From: Octopus sinensis
Lineage: Eukaryota
Reading direction: 5' to 3'
DNA: 64,000 nucleotides
Assembly (NCBI RefSeq): GCF_006345805.1
Contig: NC_043018.1
Span: 14,508,001 to 14,572,000 of the forward strand
Made by a program: the position numbers and the translations under genes. Below the pieces are notes generated by a model, which saw only the letters and a list, made by a program, of their open reading frames with translations, was not told where the DNA came from and searched no databases. Positions 24,301-38,200 of the stretch are shown here, piece after piece (position 1 is the stretch's first letter; each line of letters opens with the position of its first letter).

Positions 24301-24336
24301 CATGTGATTACGTCACCATGACAACAGGGCGGAAGT
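24301..24336 (+). promoter_or_regulatory. Probable LRRC27-like core promoter: X-box, CRE-like and GC/ETS sites
   Basis: GTCACCATGACAAC (24312-24325), TTACGTCA (24308-24315) and GGGCGGAAGT (24327-24336), about 850 nt upstream of the ATG. Confidence 0.6.
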
Positions 24337-24521
24337 AACAATACAAACATAATGGTGGACACAGCTCTTCACTTAATTAGTGTAAACTTGCTCCTATGTT
24401 TACATGCATATATATACACATAATACATACATATATATATATGTATGCGTGAATAGATAAGTCTGCTTACGTATATACATACATACATACATACATACAT
24501 ACATACATACATACATACCTA

Positions 24522-24554
<33 letters not shown>

Positions 24555-24590
24555 CATAATACATAATACATACATACATACATACAAACA

Positions 24591-24640
<50 letters not shown>

Positions 24641-25175
24641 CATAATACATGCATACATGTTTCTATGTGTGTACTAGTAAAACATCAGCATTTGAATATA
24701 ACAATAGACTCTACCCAAACACGCCCCCCTCCAACAACTATATGTTTTCTATACACATACGTACGGCAGTCTTCACAGATATAAATATAAACGCATGCAT
24801 GTTGATGCAATACTGTAAACATACACGCTTGTATTAGTCCATATATCTTCACTTGCTCAGACATAACATTTATACACGCATAAATGCGTTTATAGACGAA
24901 TACAGTTGCATTATTTTACAAATTTTTATACAATCTCACATAATCATAAATATGCACGCAATTTTCAAACATACATAAATAAACACACGTAAATTTTATC
25001 TTAAATAGATCGACAGATATAGCTAGCGATACATACATACATACACACATACATACAGTTGCACACACAAACACACACATTTCGTTCAGAGTCGCTGCAC
25101 ATACAATCTTTCACACACACACATGCATTGGAAAATCCATTGACTATTTCAGTGTGTTGCTTGCCCCTACATGTG

Positions 25176-25535
25176 ATGAAAGACTCAAATAGTGACCTCA
25201 TGAACTTTGACCTGCCACCACTTAACCTTGCCGAAGAAGAAGGTGTCCCTCGTAGCAACCACACGCAAAAAGATGAAGTGAAACCTGTCACCAGTCACCA
25301 TTTGTTCGACGCGATGCCTGGAGAAAATGGTACTGTCTGGAATGCAGCTGGGAGTAATTCCATAAAAGGTTTCGATGGGCCCCCAAACTTTGGAAACAAT
25401 GCCCCATATGCAGAGCCAGAGAATAGAGATATGCTTAACAAAGAAGTTTTCTCAAGCCATCTGACTTTACTTGATCTCAGCTCCAGAAAGCTGACCATCG
25501 TTCCTAACAATGTGATGTCTCTGAACAACCTTGTG
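25176..25535 (+). CDS. LRRC27: LRRC27-like coding exon 1
   Basis: ATG 25176 (MKDSNSDL...) to GTG|GTATGT donor; ends with the first LRR. A possible acceptor TTTCAG at 25147-25152 implies a non-coding upstream exon. Confidence 0.75.
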
Positions 25536-26036
25536 GTATGTTGACTTATATTTTCTTTCATTTTGTTAGCTTTGATTTTGTTGTATGTTTTTGATGTTGG
25601 TAGAACTGACCAATGATTAAAAACCATTCTAGCCATGACCATTCCATCTCCTTTATCCTTCAGTTTACCAAAAACACCATTGTTCAATGTGTTTTTCTTT
25701 TTTTCATTTTCCACTTTTTTAATTTTGATTTTCAGTGCCATGAGGAAGATTTATCTGTCATTTCTAGCTAGATGAGCCACCACACAGGGGCTCCTCAATG
25801 TTGTAGTTTATATGATTGCAGATATAAGAAAGTAGGGAGGAGAAGTTTAAAGTACTAGCCCGGTACTGGGGCCAATTTTTCCTCTCTCACTCTTACACTT
25901 TTTCTCTTGAAGACATTGACTGTGTTTAGATCCAGGGAGAGATGTGCTCCTAATCACGTAATTCTAGGTTCAGTCCCACTGCATGGCACCTTGGGCAAGT
26001 GTCTTCTACTACAGCCCCAGGCTGAGAGAGGCCTGT

Positions 26037-26067
<31 letters not shown>

Positions 26068-26338
26068 CTGTAAAATAATATGTGACAATTATTCAATAGC
26101 CAAGATAAAACTCTGAGTTTCGATGCCGAGGTGGAAATCCACAATACCATCTCTTCGGTTATCCGGCCAATATTGAGGTCTCTTTCTTTTGTTATCTTAC
26201 CGTTTTTACCAATATATATTTAGGTAAAGTTAGATAAGGACAGTCTATGGGATTACCCTGGATTTCACATCCATAAAGTGCTTAGTTTACAGCATATCAT
26301 TAAATCTATTAGCCTATATATATATATGTGTATATATG

Positions 26339-26374
<36 letters not shown>

Positions 26375-27403
26375 TATATTGGGTTGTTCGAAAAGTTCGT
26401 GCCAATTTATAGTTTCTTACTTTTCAACTTATTTTAGAACATGGTTGAGTCCATAAAATAGGATTTGACTACACCTCCATTTAGAGCACAGTTTAAGCTA
26501 TCTTTTCGTGGAAGAAGGTTTATGTTCTTATAACATGTGTTAATTTTCTAACCCTTTAAAATGGAAGATAAAAAAGTTCATTTTCAGCACTTGATGCTTT
26601 GGGAACCAGACAAAAATTGCTGCAGCTTGGCTGGGATGTGTTACCTCACCTTCCATATTCACCAGGTATTGCTCCTTCGGATTTCCACTTATTCAGGTCT
26701 CTGCAGAATAGTCTTAATGGTAAAAATTTCAATTCCTTGGATGACGTAAAAAGATACCTTGATGAATTCTTTGCCATGAAACCACCTCAATTCTGGGAAG
26801 AGGCTATTTTCAAGTGAAAGGAAAGATGGAGATGCATTGTGCAACAAAATGGTTCAGATTTGGTTGATTAACAATGTAATGGCAAGTATTTATTGACCTT
26901 TTTCTTTCCTTTAAAAATTGGCACAAACTTTTCGGACAACCCAATATGTGTGTGTGTGTGTGTATTTGTCAACCCCGCTGCCTGACACCTTGTGTTGGTG
27001 TGTTTGCGTCCCCTTAACTTAGTTGTTCAGCAAAAGAGATCAGTAGAATAAGTACTATGCTTTATAAATTAAGTATTGGGGTCGATTTGTTTGACAAAAA
27101 TTCAAGGCTCTGCCTTAGCGTGGCCACAGTCTAATGACTGAATCAAGTAAAATATTAAAAAAAAAAAACCCACTTTTTTTTCATTTTTCTATTCCCCAGT
27201 ACTTGTACTTGGCGAATAACAAACTCTGCCAGCTGCCAGACCATTTCTTCAACCACTTCCCAGCACTACAGTGGCTTGACCTTCGCTACAACAACCTCAC
27301 TTCACTCCCTGGTCCGGATATTGACAAGAGTCACAGCTTGCATTGTCTACTGCTGGAAGGTAACAACATAATGAAACTACCAATAGAGTTAGGTAAGTAT
27401 GTA

Positions 27404-27454
<51 letters not shown>

Positions 27455-28792
27455 AAATAAGCAACAATGATATCCAGAGGTAATGTAGTACGATCGTTTC
27501 ATGCAACTCCATTTAATTGAACAATGCAATCATTTCATTACATCAATTTAAAATGTAGAGCACTCTTCAGCTGCACAAAGACATAGAATTTAATTAAATT
27601 AGAAAAGAAGGACACATTAGTATAATTTTACCTAAGATCTCCAAGACGTTAAGGAGATAGACAAAGAACATGTTTTACCAGCAACATCAGAGTTACAACT
27701 ATTTTAAATTGATGTAATGAAATGATTGCATTGTTCAATTAAATGGAGTTGCATGAAACAAGCGTACTAATTTCCTTCAAAGTTCTTTATAAACCCCAAA
27801 TTCTTTATGAACATCAATTTGTTTTTCACAGTTTCACCATTATTATCAAGCTGTCAGCATGTATATATGTATGTCTATAAATAACATTTATTTTACCGTG
27901 TATTTCAATAGGTTATGTCCATACTTTGCATGGACTTAATGTCAGAGACAATCCATTGGAGATGCCCCCAGAACATATTATAGAGCAAGGAGTTGAAGAA
28001 ATACTGAGATACTTAAGGGAGAAATATCAAGAGCAAACACAAGGTCTGATTGTAGAGTTTTATATACTTTTTTCCATTCATAAAATAATGACTCCCCATC
28101 AGTTTCAACAAGCATATTCATTGTTCAATCATATAAATTACCCGTTCCTTGAATTAACATGTGGGTGGTCGGATATCCTACAGAAACTTGTACCCTTAAT
28201 GTAATTTTCAGGCAGACACCCATAAAATTATCAACCATCGCACAAACAATAACACTGAGCACCTCTTCAAACTCCACCCGTCTAACACCCGTGGACATAT
28301 TTACAAAGTAAGAAAACAGCACAGCTCCCATGACTTCAGGAAACATTTTTTCACGCTGAGAGTTGCTGAAGCGTGGAACAAACTGCCGGCATCGGTTGTT
28401 AGTTGTCGGAGCACTGCATCCTTCAAGACTTCCATGCTTCCTGAGATTCGCCAACACTACACTTGATTTTCTCCCCTCCATACACACACAAACATGTTCA
28501 CTTTCCAGACATTTCTACATTACTGCATGTACCTTATATGCACTTTCTGACAAGTTGTGGTGCACCTGAGCACTGTATACAATAATTTCATTATTATTAT
28601 TATTATTATTACTATCTATCTGGCAGTTCTTCTCTATCTAGTTTCTGGTTTCTGTCACAAGGCTTGGATGAATCCAAGTCTACGGTAAAGACACTTGCTC
28701 CAAATGCCACACAATAATATCAAATTTGTGACCGCAAGTGTTGTGAAGGAAATTGCAAATTTTCTAAACACACAGCCATATCCATGTCTATT

Positions 28793-28823
<31 letters not shown>

Positions 28824-29613
28824 TCTGTGTAGCAGTAATGTAGATAAACACAATTAGGCTTGATATATATATATATATATATGCCGGTGGCATGTAAAAA
28901 GCACCATCCGTTCGTGGTCATTGCCAGCTTCGCCTGGCCCCCCGTCCCGGTGGCACATAAAAAGCACCATCCAATCGTGGCCGTTGCCAGCCTCCCCTGG
29001 CACCTGCGCCGGTGGCACATAAAAAGCACCCACTACACTCACGGAGTGGTTGGCGTTAGGAAGGGCATCCAGCCGTAGAAACATTGCCAGATCAAACTGG
29101 GCCTGGTGCAGCCTTCTGGCTTCCCAGACCCCAGTTGAACCGTCCAACCCATGCTAGCATGGAAAGTGGACGCTAAACGATGATGAGGACGATGATGATA
29201 TATATAATAAATATAAATAATTAAGAGACAAAACCTCTATTAAGTAATTCAATTAATAGTGAAAGATATTATCTATAATAAACCATATAGATAGATTTTA
29301 AATATATTATAATAAATATTATTCTAAAAATCACTAAGTTAAATAAACATATTTCAAATTATTGTTGGGTTTATGATACAGAGTGTAAAGACCAGTAACA
29401 AGGTTCAGATTAACATCCAGCTTATCAACTGAATCATGTTCATTTTCTATTGAGCTAGATATACCAAATCTTTTTAAAAAGTTATCGAATTTTTTCATAT
29501 ATAGGTTTATTTTTCTGTTGGATTGACTATCAATCAAAAATAGTGCATCATCTCTATATAGTCCACCTTTAATGTCTGGAAATTCATTATAGAAATGACA
29601 TAGTATGTATGTA

Positions 29614-29659
<46 letters not shown>

Positions 29660-32600
29660 GATAAGAAGAGAAATGGAGCAACAATTAACAATTAGAAGCT
29701 GATCATTGGTATTAAAAGGTCAGAGTTTAATTGTAGTTCCAGAACATTTACAGCTGTTTCAGTTTGTTATTTTGAAGTAAATTTGCACTTATCTCATTCC
29801 ATTTAACAAACATTGTCAGAATGATTTAGAGTTTATTGAAGGAATATAGATAGGAGAAAAAGGAAAAATGTTTGTTAAGTCTTTAGGCTTAATTTTTGTG
29901 TCTTTTTAGGTTCCACGTGTGTGTATATTTCTTCAGTTAGATGAATGGAGCAATAAGTGGGGGAAATGACTGGTTGACCAGCGGTGTTAGTCGAAAGAGT
30001 TTTACCTGAACATCAATCACATCAATCTTATCAATTAGAGAAGGGCTTGGGAAGATCAAAGGCACAATTTATTCAGTCCTCATCAAAAAGGCTGAAGAAG
30101 AAAAAAAAAAATATTAAGAAAAAAGTCTATTTTTGAAAATATGAATAAATGTACGAAAAAGAAAAATGTAACAACAACATCAACAACAATGTTATTCTCT
30201 TGTTTTGTCAGCATCCAAGCAATCCAGTGAAGCTGTGGAAGAAACTGCCTTGGAAATTGGTGTCGAAGATGATGGTAAGGAGCAGGAGGAGGAGGGGGAG
30301 GAGGAGGATGTCGAGTCAAAGAGTAGGGTCCATGAAATTGGTCTCGAAGAGCAGCAGCAACAACAACAACAACAGCAACAAGACCTACCACAGCAGCAGG
30401 GACCAGATCTACCACAGCAGCAGCGGCAAGATGAAGAACAGCAGCAGCAGTTATTTCATCTGAGTGACCTGAAAGAGGAGACGAATGCCAATATGGAGCA
30501 GAATTCAGAGTTACAAAGGTTAGAATGATGAGAGGGGAAGCACAAATCACATCATCATCATCATCATCATCATCATTTAGCATCTGCTTTCCATGCCAGC
30601 ATGGATTAGATGGTTTGTCTGGAACTGGTAATCCCGAGAGCTGCACCAAGTTCCAATCTGATTTGGCATGGTTTCTACAGCTGGATGCCTTTTCTTAATG
30701 CCAACCACTCCAAGAGTGTTATGGGTGCCTTTTTTTCATGTCACTGGCATAGGTACTTCTATGCGCCACCAGCATGGGTGCCAGTTATGTGTCACCAACA
30801 CAGGTGCTATTATGTGCCACCAGCATGGGTGCCAGTAATGTGTCACCAACACAGGTGCTATTATGTGCCACTGGCATGGGTACCAGTTATGTGTCACCAG
30901 CACAGGTGCTGTTATGTGCCACTGGCACGGGTGCCAGTTACGAGACACTGGCATCAGCCACAACTACAATTTCATTTAGCTTGATGAGTCTTCTCAAGCG
31001 TGGCATATTGCCAAAAGTCTCAGTCACTTGCCATTGCCTCCATGAGGCCCAACATCCGAAGATCATGCTTCACCACCTTGTCCCATGTCTTCCTGGGTCT
31101 ACCTCACCAATTATGAAAAATAGAAAAAGCAATGATCACAACAAAACCAATACCTGCATCATCATCATCATAGGTGTATACACTTACATAAATCACGTGA
31201 TCACATGACTGACCAGGTTATCAGATGTTGTTACACATCGCTGGTCACAATGTACTTTTGCATTGTTTTAGCCTTCAAATGACACAACCCCGCTGGCTAG
31301 GTGAGCAGGACAACAATCCCCACTGATCGAAAGGGGGACCGGAGCAACGTGAAATAAAGTGTTTTGCTCAAGAACACAATGTGCCACCCATTCTAGGAAT
31401 TGAACCCACAATCTGGCAATCATGAGCGCAGCAGCCTAACCACTAGGCCATGTGCCTTCAGATTTACATAAACATGTTCCTATAAGTGGAAGCAAACACT
31501 TCCAAAAGGGCAACAAGTGTGCATTTTGGTTGTCTGATGATCCTTTCATTTACCCTGAATATCTCTCTTGGACCTGTTATGTAGCCAACTGATGAAACAC
31601 TAACAATATTACCATTATCATTAACTAGCAGTATCGCCCGGCGGTGCTTGGGTTTGTAAGGGAAATAACTATATAAACATTTTTAGAGAGTTATAGCCAA
31701 AAAATAGCAAAAAATGCATTAAAAATGGAAAAAAAATTATGGTAAATTTTTTTTTAAATCGTTGACTCATCGTAGACATTTTTAGAGAGTTACTCCCCTT
31801 ATATAATAGCGAAAAAAATGATGGTAAATTATTTTTAAAATCGTACCCAGAAGGGCTCGATATGAATCACAACTATAAGATACCCGCTTTTGGTTACACT
31901 GCACCGCAAAATGTGGCAGTAGTTAGGAATCTAAATCATAGGAGACAGACACACAACTTCACTTTTATATATAAAGATTTGTATTGATTCACCAAGAAGC
32001 GATAACTCACAGATCTCTGCAAATCTGGAGCTGTCTCTAACACTTTAGCACTTAAACTAGTCATGTCCAACCAAAACAATCTACCTGTTTTATGTTTGAA
32101 CTGGTAGGACTCAGCCTCTCACATTTCCCCTACAACCTCATTCTAAAAGTAATTAATCACGTCATTAAAATATCAAAGCTATGGGAAAATGCATAATAAA
32201 TTCAAAGCAGTTTGAATAAATAAGCTTTGGACAGAGTAAGCTGAATGCTAAAGGGTTAACAGAAATTCTAACTCAGTAATTCTGAACAAGAACTGGCTCA
32301 GTTTCTATTTGGCCATCAAACTTACACCAGCATTGAAAAGCAGATATAAAAAGATGATGAGGATATGGAATATAGGATAGGATAGGATATGTCTGTGTGT
32401 CTGTCTGCTATGACCGCCCTGAAGTGGAGAGACCCATGCTAGTCCTACTTCTGCCCAAATGACCCCTCTTACTCATCCTCTTCTGGTAGGGCCCCTCTGC
32501 TGGTTCATCTCATACCCACAGACAGCTGTTGAAACTGCAATTAAGAAAGTAATGAAGGGATCAGAAATGGTGGGTGATAGGGAACACTTGAGGAGGAAAT

Positions 32601-33195
32601 TGAGCAAATGTTACAAAGAAAAGTCTTTAGATTCATGTCCAATCCTCTACTCGTAGATATTCTCTTTATGTTTATGAATTTGTTTTATTTTATATATTTC
32701 TTGTTTTATATATAATTTTAGTGAGAATATTCCAAAGAAACACAAGAAAGATATGAAGAAATTTCGAGAATATGAATCAAAAATATTGGCACGTCAAAAG
32801 AATGCAAAGATAGAATACATTTTACAGAAGAGGAAGTACGTAACTTCTTGTGCCAACTTGTACAGTGTAGAGTATGTTTTATCTTATTTTATAAGATGGT
32901 TTTGTTGCTTCCAGATTCTCATGGATCCCCAATTTCACTTCATTTATAGTGCTAAGAGTGACAAAGAAATGCCTGTCCAACTCAGGCAGGATATATATAT
33001 ATATGTATATATAAATTTATAGGTACAAATTATTAATTTAAATACTTTTTTAAAATTTAACTTTAATTTAAATATTTTAAATTTTGAATTTCATTTTATG
33101 TATTTTTCATTAATTAACTTTATTTCTATGTATTGGTTTATGATTTGCACTGTTTGATTTGTCTAATAGTGGTTTTATCTCTAATTTAATATATA

Positions 33196-33252
<57 letters not shown>

Positions 33253-35207
33253 AAAGGTATTTCTGTTCAAAAGACCAATTTATTGGTTCTTGTCAAGCAA
33301 TGTTTATATCAGGTCTTTAAGAATGAAATGTTTGATTTTGAACTGAAAGTTTATTTTACTTTATCTCAACAAAAACCAATGCAGTTAATCAAGGTATGCA
33401 CCTAAATTATTGACACAATTTTGCCATTTTATCGGTAGCTTGTTAATGCTGGCAGCAAAGAATTCTGGAGAGCAAGAGGTGATGAAATCATAAAAGGGTG
33501 TTTTCGCATCTTCTTCAGATTTGAAGTTTTTTCCTTGAAAAAAGTTGTCTAATGCCTGGAAAATGTGATGGTCAGTTGGTGCAAGGTCTGGGGAATATGG
33601 TGGATGACAGAGTACATCCAAGTTCAGTTCCTGTAACTTGCGTAGCATTCTTTGTGCAACATGTGGTCAAGCATTGTCTTGTAAGAGAATTGGGATCTTT
33701 TCACTTTGACCGGCAGATTTTTAAAATAATTTCTTTGTAACTAAACACTTTTAAACTTCGTATACTGGTAGAATGTGTTACATAAAACATCTTTTTCTCT
33801 TGGCTTTCTTGAGAAAATTCTGTAGTTTGTAAGCTATTTGTTGTTTAATTTCTTGCATTTCGGCAATTTTAACCAATCAATGACGTCTATTGAGGTGAAT
33901 ACAATATCTGCCGTATTTTGTGAACAACATTTCCTCCTCCTCCTCTAATCATCAATAGTCTGTTGTGGGTTTCAGAGATGAAGACTCACTGAAAAAATTC
34001 AGACAGGAGACTAAACTCAAGCAAAAATTGTTAACAGTTTCCGTGAACGGTAAGTTGAAGATTAAATGAGAAAGGACTTTTTTTTTTTACTCTAAATTTT
34101 TATGATTTATGTTTCTTTGTTGTTGTTTAGGCCCAGTTTAACCCTTTAACATTTAAACCGGCCATATCCGGCCCAAATGGTCTACCTGTTTCATGTTCAA
34201 ACTGGCCAGATCCAGTCTCTCCCACCTACCCTACAATGTCATTCTAAAATTAAATGATTACATCTTCAAAATCTTGAAGCTACAAGATAATACGTAATTA
34301 ATTTTTTAAAATATGGATACATGAACATTACATTTGATAAATTAATCTGAATGCTAAAGGGTTAATCTTGAGCTCAAATTCTATGAAGGTTAACATGGCT
34401 TTTCGGTGTTCCGCTGCCAATAGATCCAAGTACCAATCTAAAATGGTCATTTGCTAAAATTGTGAGACCAAAATGCCTTGTGGTGTTTATTCTAATTTTT
34501 ACATTCTCTGAGCCTAGGCAGGTGCACGACCAAGTTGTTAGTATCTAATTCATCATCATCATCATCATCATCGTTTAACGTCCGCTCTCCATGCTAGCAT
34601 GGGTTGGACGGTTTGATTGGGGTCTGGCAAGCCCGAAGGCTGCACCAGGCCAGTCAGATCTGGCAGTGTTTCTACAGCTGGATGCCCTTCCTAACGCCAA
34701 CCACTCCGAGAGTGTAGTGGGTGATTTTATGTGCCACCGACACAGGTGCCAGACGAGGCTGGCAGACGGTCACGCTCGGATGGTGTTTTTTATGTGCCAC
34801 CTACACAGGGGCCAGACGAGGCTGGCAGACGGCCACGCTCGGATGGTGTTTTTGACAAAAGAAAATTACTTTTGCAGTTTCTTTTGGAAATTCTCATAAC
34901 AGAAAAGTGGTTGATTCCTGACAATCCTGCTCTAAGTTATATAATCCTAAATACAGTATACCAGGACTTCATTATCTCATATGTTTACCATTTTAAAGAC
35001 ATGAGGATGTGATCTGAGGGGTGGTTAGGCACTATTTCTAGCTGGTCGAATGACTGCATTGTAGTTTTCTTGTTGCCTTGACACAACACAATTGTTTTTG
35101 TTCAGCCCTCAAGTCAAATGCTTGTTATTCTGTACATCGAAAACTACATTCTAAAACTACTGTGTCTCCTTATTTTTTTGAACATCATGTGATTTCAAAA
35201 GGATTTG

Positions 35208-35238
<31 letters not shown>

Positions 35239-38200
35239 AATTATTGCATACAGTGCTCAGGTGCACCATAACTTGTCAAAAGTGCGTATAAAGCATATGC
35301 AGTAATGTACAAATGTCTGGGAAGTGAACAGTATATGAGTCAGATAAGGGCGGCGAGCTGGCAGAGTCGTTAGCACGCCGGGCGAAATGCTTAGTGTTAT
35401 TTCGTCTGCCCTTACGTTCTGAGTTCAAATTCCGCCGAGGTCGACTTTGCCTTTCATCCTTTTGGGGTCGATAAATTAAGTACCAGTTATACACTGGGGT
35501 CGATGTAATCGACTTAATCCGTTTGTCTGTCCTTGTTTGTCCCCTCTATGTTTAGCCCCTTGTGGGTAGTAAAGAAATATATATGAGTCAGATACATGCT
35601 TGTGTGTGTATGGAGGAGAAAATCAGGTGTAGTGTTGGCAAATCTCAGGAAGCATGGAAGTTTTCAAGGATGCAGTGCTTGATTGCTATTTCTGGATATT
35701 GGCTACATTTTTAAGTAGACCAGGTATGGTTTCAGGGAGAATTAGCTGCTATTTCTAGCAGTGACTGTGTAGAAGTTTCCATGACCAAATGATGGTATAA
35801 TTTTTTTGTAAATTACATTTTCTTTTCTTTTTCTTAGAAATCCCCAACACCACAGGTGATGCCCCATTTGGAGTTTATGGGGAATACATGAAAATGATGT
35901 CCCGTGAAGAAGCTACTAAGGTAAATAATTTACACCACCAACACCACAGTTCTTCACTTTATTTCTTTACATGTTTTCTCTCCTTTTTTTCCTAAAAGAT
36001 TCCTTTTGAAGTAAATGCTTCTGAGGCACAAAGCAGTAATTCTCCCTTTGTCCCCATATATGAAATTTGGAACATATGTTCTTTTATCCTTTTACTTGTT
36101 TCAGTCATTTGATTATGGCCAGGTTGGAGCACTTCCTTGAAGAGTTTTAGTTGAAGAAATTGACCCTAGGACTTACTCTTTGTAAGTGAGCAAGCGAGCC
36201 TGCCTGTCTGTCTGTCTGTGAGTCAGTGAGTGAGCAAGTCAGTCAGTTTTATTTCAAGATTTCCTGCCAATAGAGAAGGTGCCGGTTTCTAACCTAGATC
36301 CAAGTGGTTAAGAGCACTGGCTACTAACCCCAAGATTCCGGGTTCAATTGCAAGCAGTGACCTGAACAATTACAACAACAACAACAAATACCTTAGGAAT
36401 GAGAACCCAGGTTCGAAATTTCCACAAGACACCTGAAGAAGGCTGGAGGGTATATCAGCCGAAATATTGTGTTAACAACAAACAAGATGAGGACAAATGT
36501 CCATCGAATGTAAATAATGAACTTTTTCCCTCTACCCAAACGGTTTCCAGTCCTCTGTGGCAGCTAATTTTTTCTCACCTACAACTTTAATCTTTATGCT
36601 TTCCAATGCAGTTCACCAAGCCATTCCTGAAAAATTTAGCCTGGCCATCCTGTCTACACGCTTCCCCTAACTGGAAAATTTGTTGTTTTATACTGTCTTT
36701 ATTATAAATCCCTTTTTCTTTGCTCATTATTTTCAGGAACCAGTATTGACAAAACCACTTCCAAAGCTGGTCCCAATTGAAATTAAAAAGCTGATGTCTA
36801 AGGAGAAGTGAGTCATGTGTACATAGATATCACACTGTGTTTACGCCCACCACACACACACATGCACACACACTCACACACACACATGTATATCATTATT
36901 GTGTTTGTTATTACGAGATTCTTGGTATGATATCATGTGCTGAAACAAAAATTGTAATTTGGGAGGTTCATACTGCCAATTAAAACATGCACACTAGCTG
37001 TACTTCACTTTGCTAATTATATCGCCTAGGTAACAAAAGCTATGAACTTCTAGTGAGTCATCTAGGCATTCAAGAGAGTCAGTTTCCAGGATGTTCCTTG
37101 GATGTACTGCTCCAGTCCATCTATCACGTATACACTTGTTTTCTGCTAGTCTTCTTGTGATTCCATTACATTTCTTTTGTCCATAGCATTGAGTTCAGTG
37201 TATGGTGTTTATACCCACTCCTTTCCTGCATATTCAGTAAGGTCATTTCACTGGAAGTACCAGGGTCCTCTCTTTTTACCTACATATCAAAAAATTTCTA
37301 TCTTTGTTAAGTTTACCGGAGGACCTCACGATTCTGCATTTAGCTCTCACGCTCAGAACTTCCTCTATAATTCCTTCCCATAGATTGCCAGTCTTAAATG
37401 GATCTCACTTAGATGAATCTCACTTGCTGTATCTTTGTCCACGGCATGTGCAGTTCTCACCAGCCACTCATCAGTGCCTAGTTCAGCTAGTGAGCACCAG
37501 TTTACCGTATGTGGTATCCTGTCAAATGCCTTCTCCAAGTCAATGCAAACCAGCAACAATGTATTTTTTCCTGCAGTTGTCTCACTAGAAACATTGCATC
37601 TGCAGAACCTCTTCCTGGCACAAAACCAAACTGTATTTCATTTAGGTCTACTTTTTCATGGGATCAATCATGCTATGGCTTTCTCTTTGACCTTTGTAGC
37701 CTGATCCAGGAGTTTGATTTCTCTAGTGTTGCTCCCTCTAAGGCATCTCCTTTGCCTTTGTAGTCATCATCATCATCATCATCATCGTTTAGCGTCCGCT
37801 TTCCATGCTAGCATGGGTTGGACAGTTCAACTGGGGTCTGGGAAGTCAGAAGGCTGCACCAGACCCAGTCTGATCTGGCAATGTTTCTACAGCTGGATGC
37901 CCTTCCTAATGCCAACCACTCCATGAGTGTATTGGGAGCTTTTTACGTGCCACTGGCACAGGTGCCAGACGAGTCTGGCAAACGGCCATGAACGGATGGT
38001 GCTTTTTACATGACACCGGCACGGGGTCCAGGCGAGGCTGGCAACGGCCATGAACGGATGGTGCTTTTTATGTTCCACCGGCACGAGGCCTGTCAGGGCG
38101 GCGCTGGCAATGGCCACGTTCAGATGGTTCTCTTACGTGCCACCGGCACTGGTAACTCAGCTGCAATTTCCATTGATCGATTTGTAGTAGTTTACAATAT

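Noticed and set aside
25059-25175. N-terminal extension of the LRRC27-like ORF from the track start at 25059
   Set aside because: It runs through (CA)n microsatellite sequence. An acceptor at 25152 and the ATG at 25176 fit better.
25295-25741. 148-aa minus-strand ORF
   Set aside because: It is the antisense shadow of LRRC27-like exon 1 plus AT-rich intron, with no independent features
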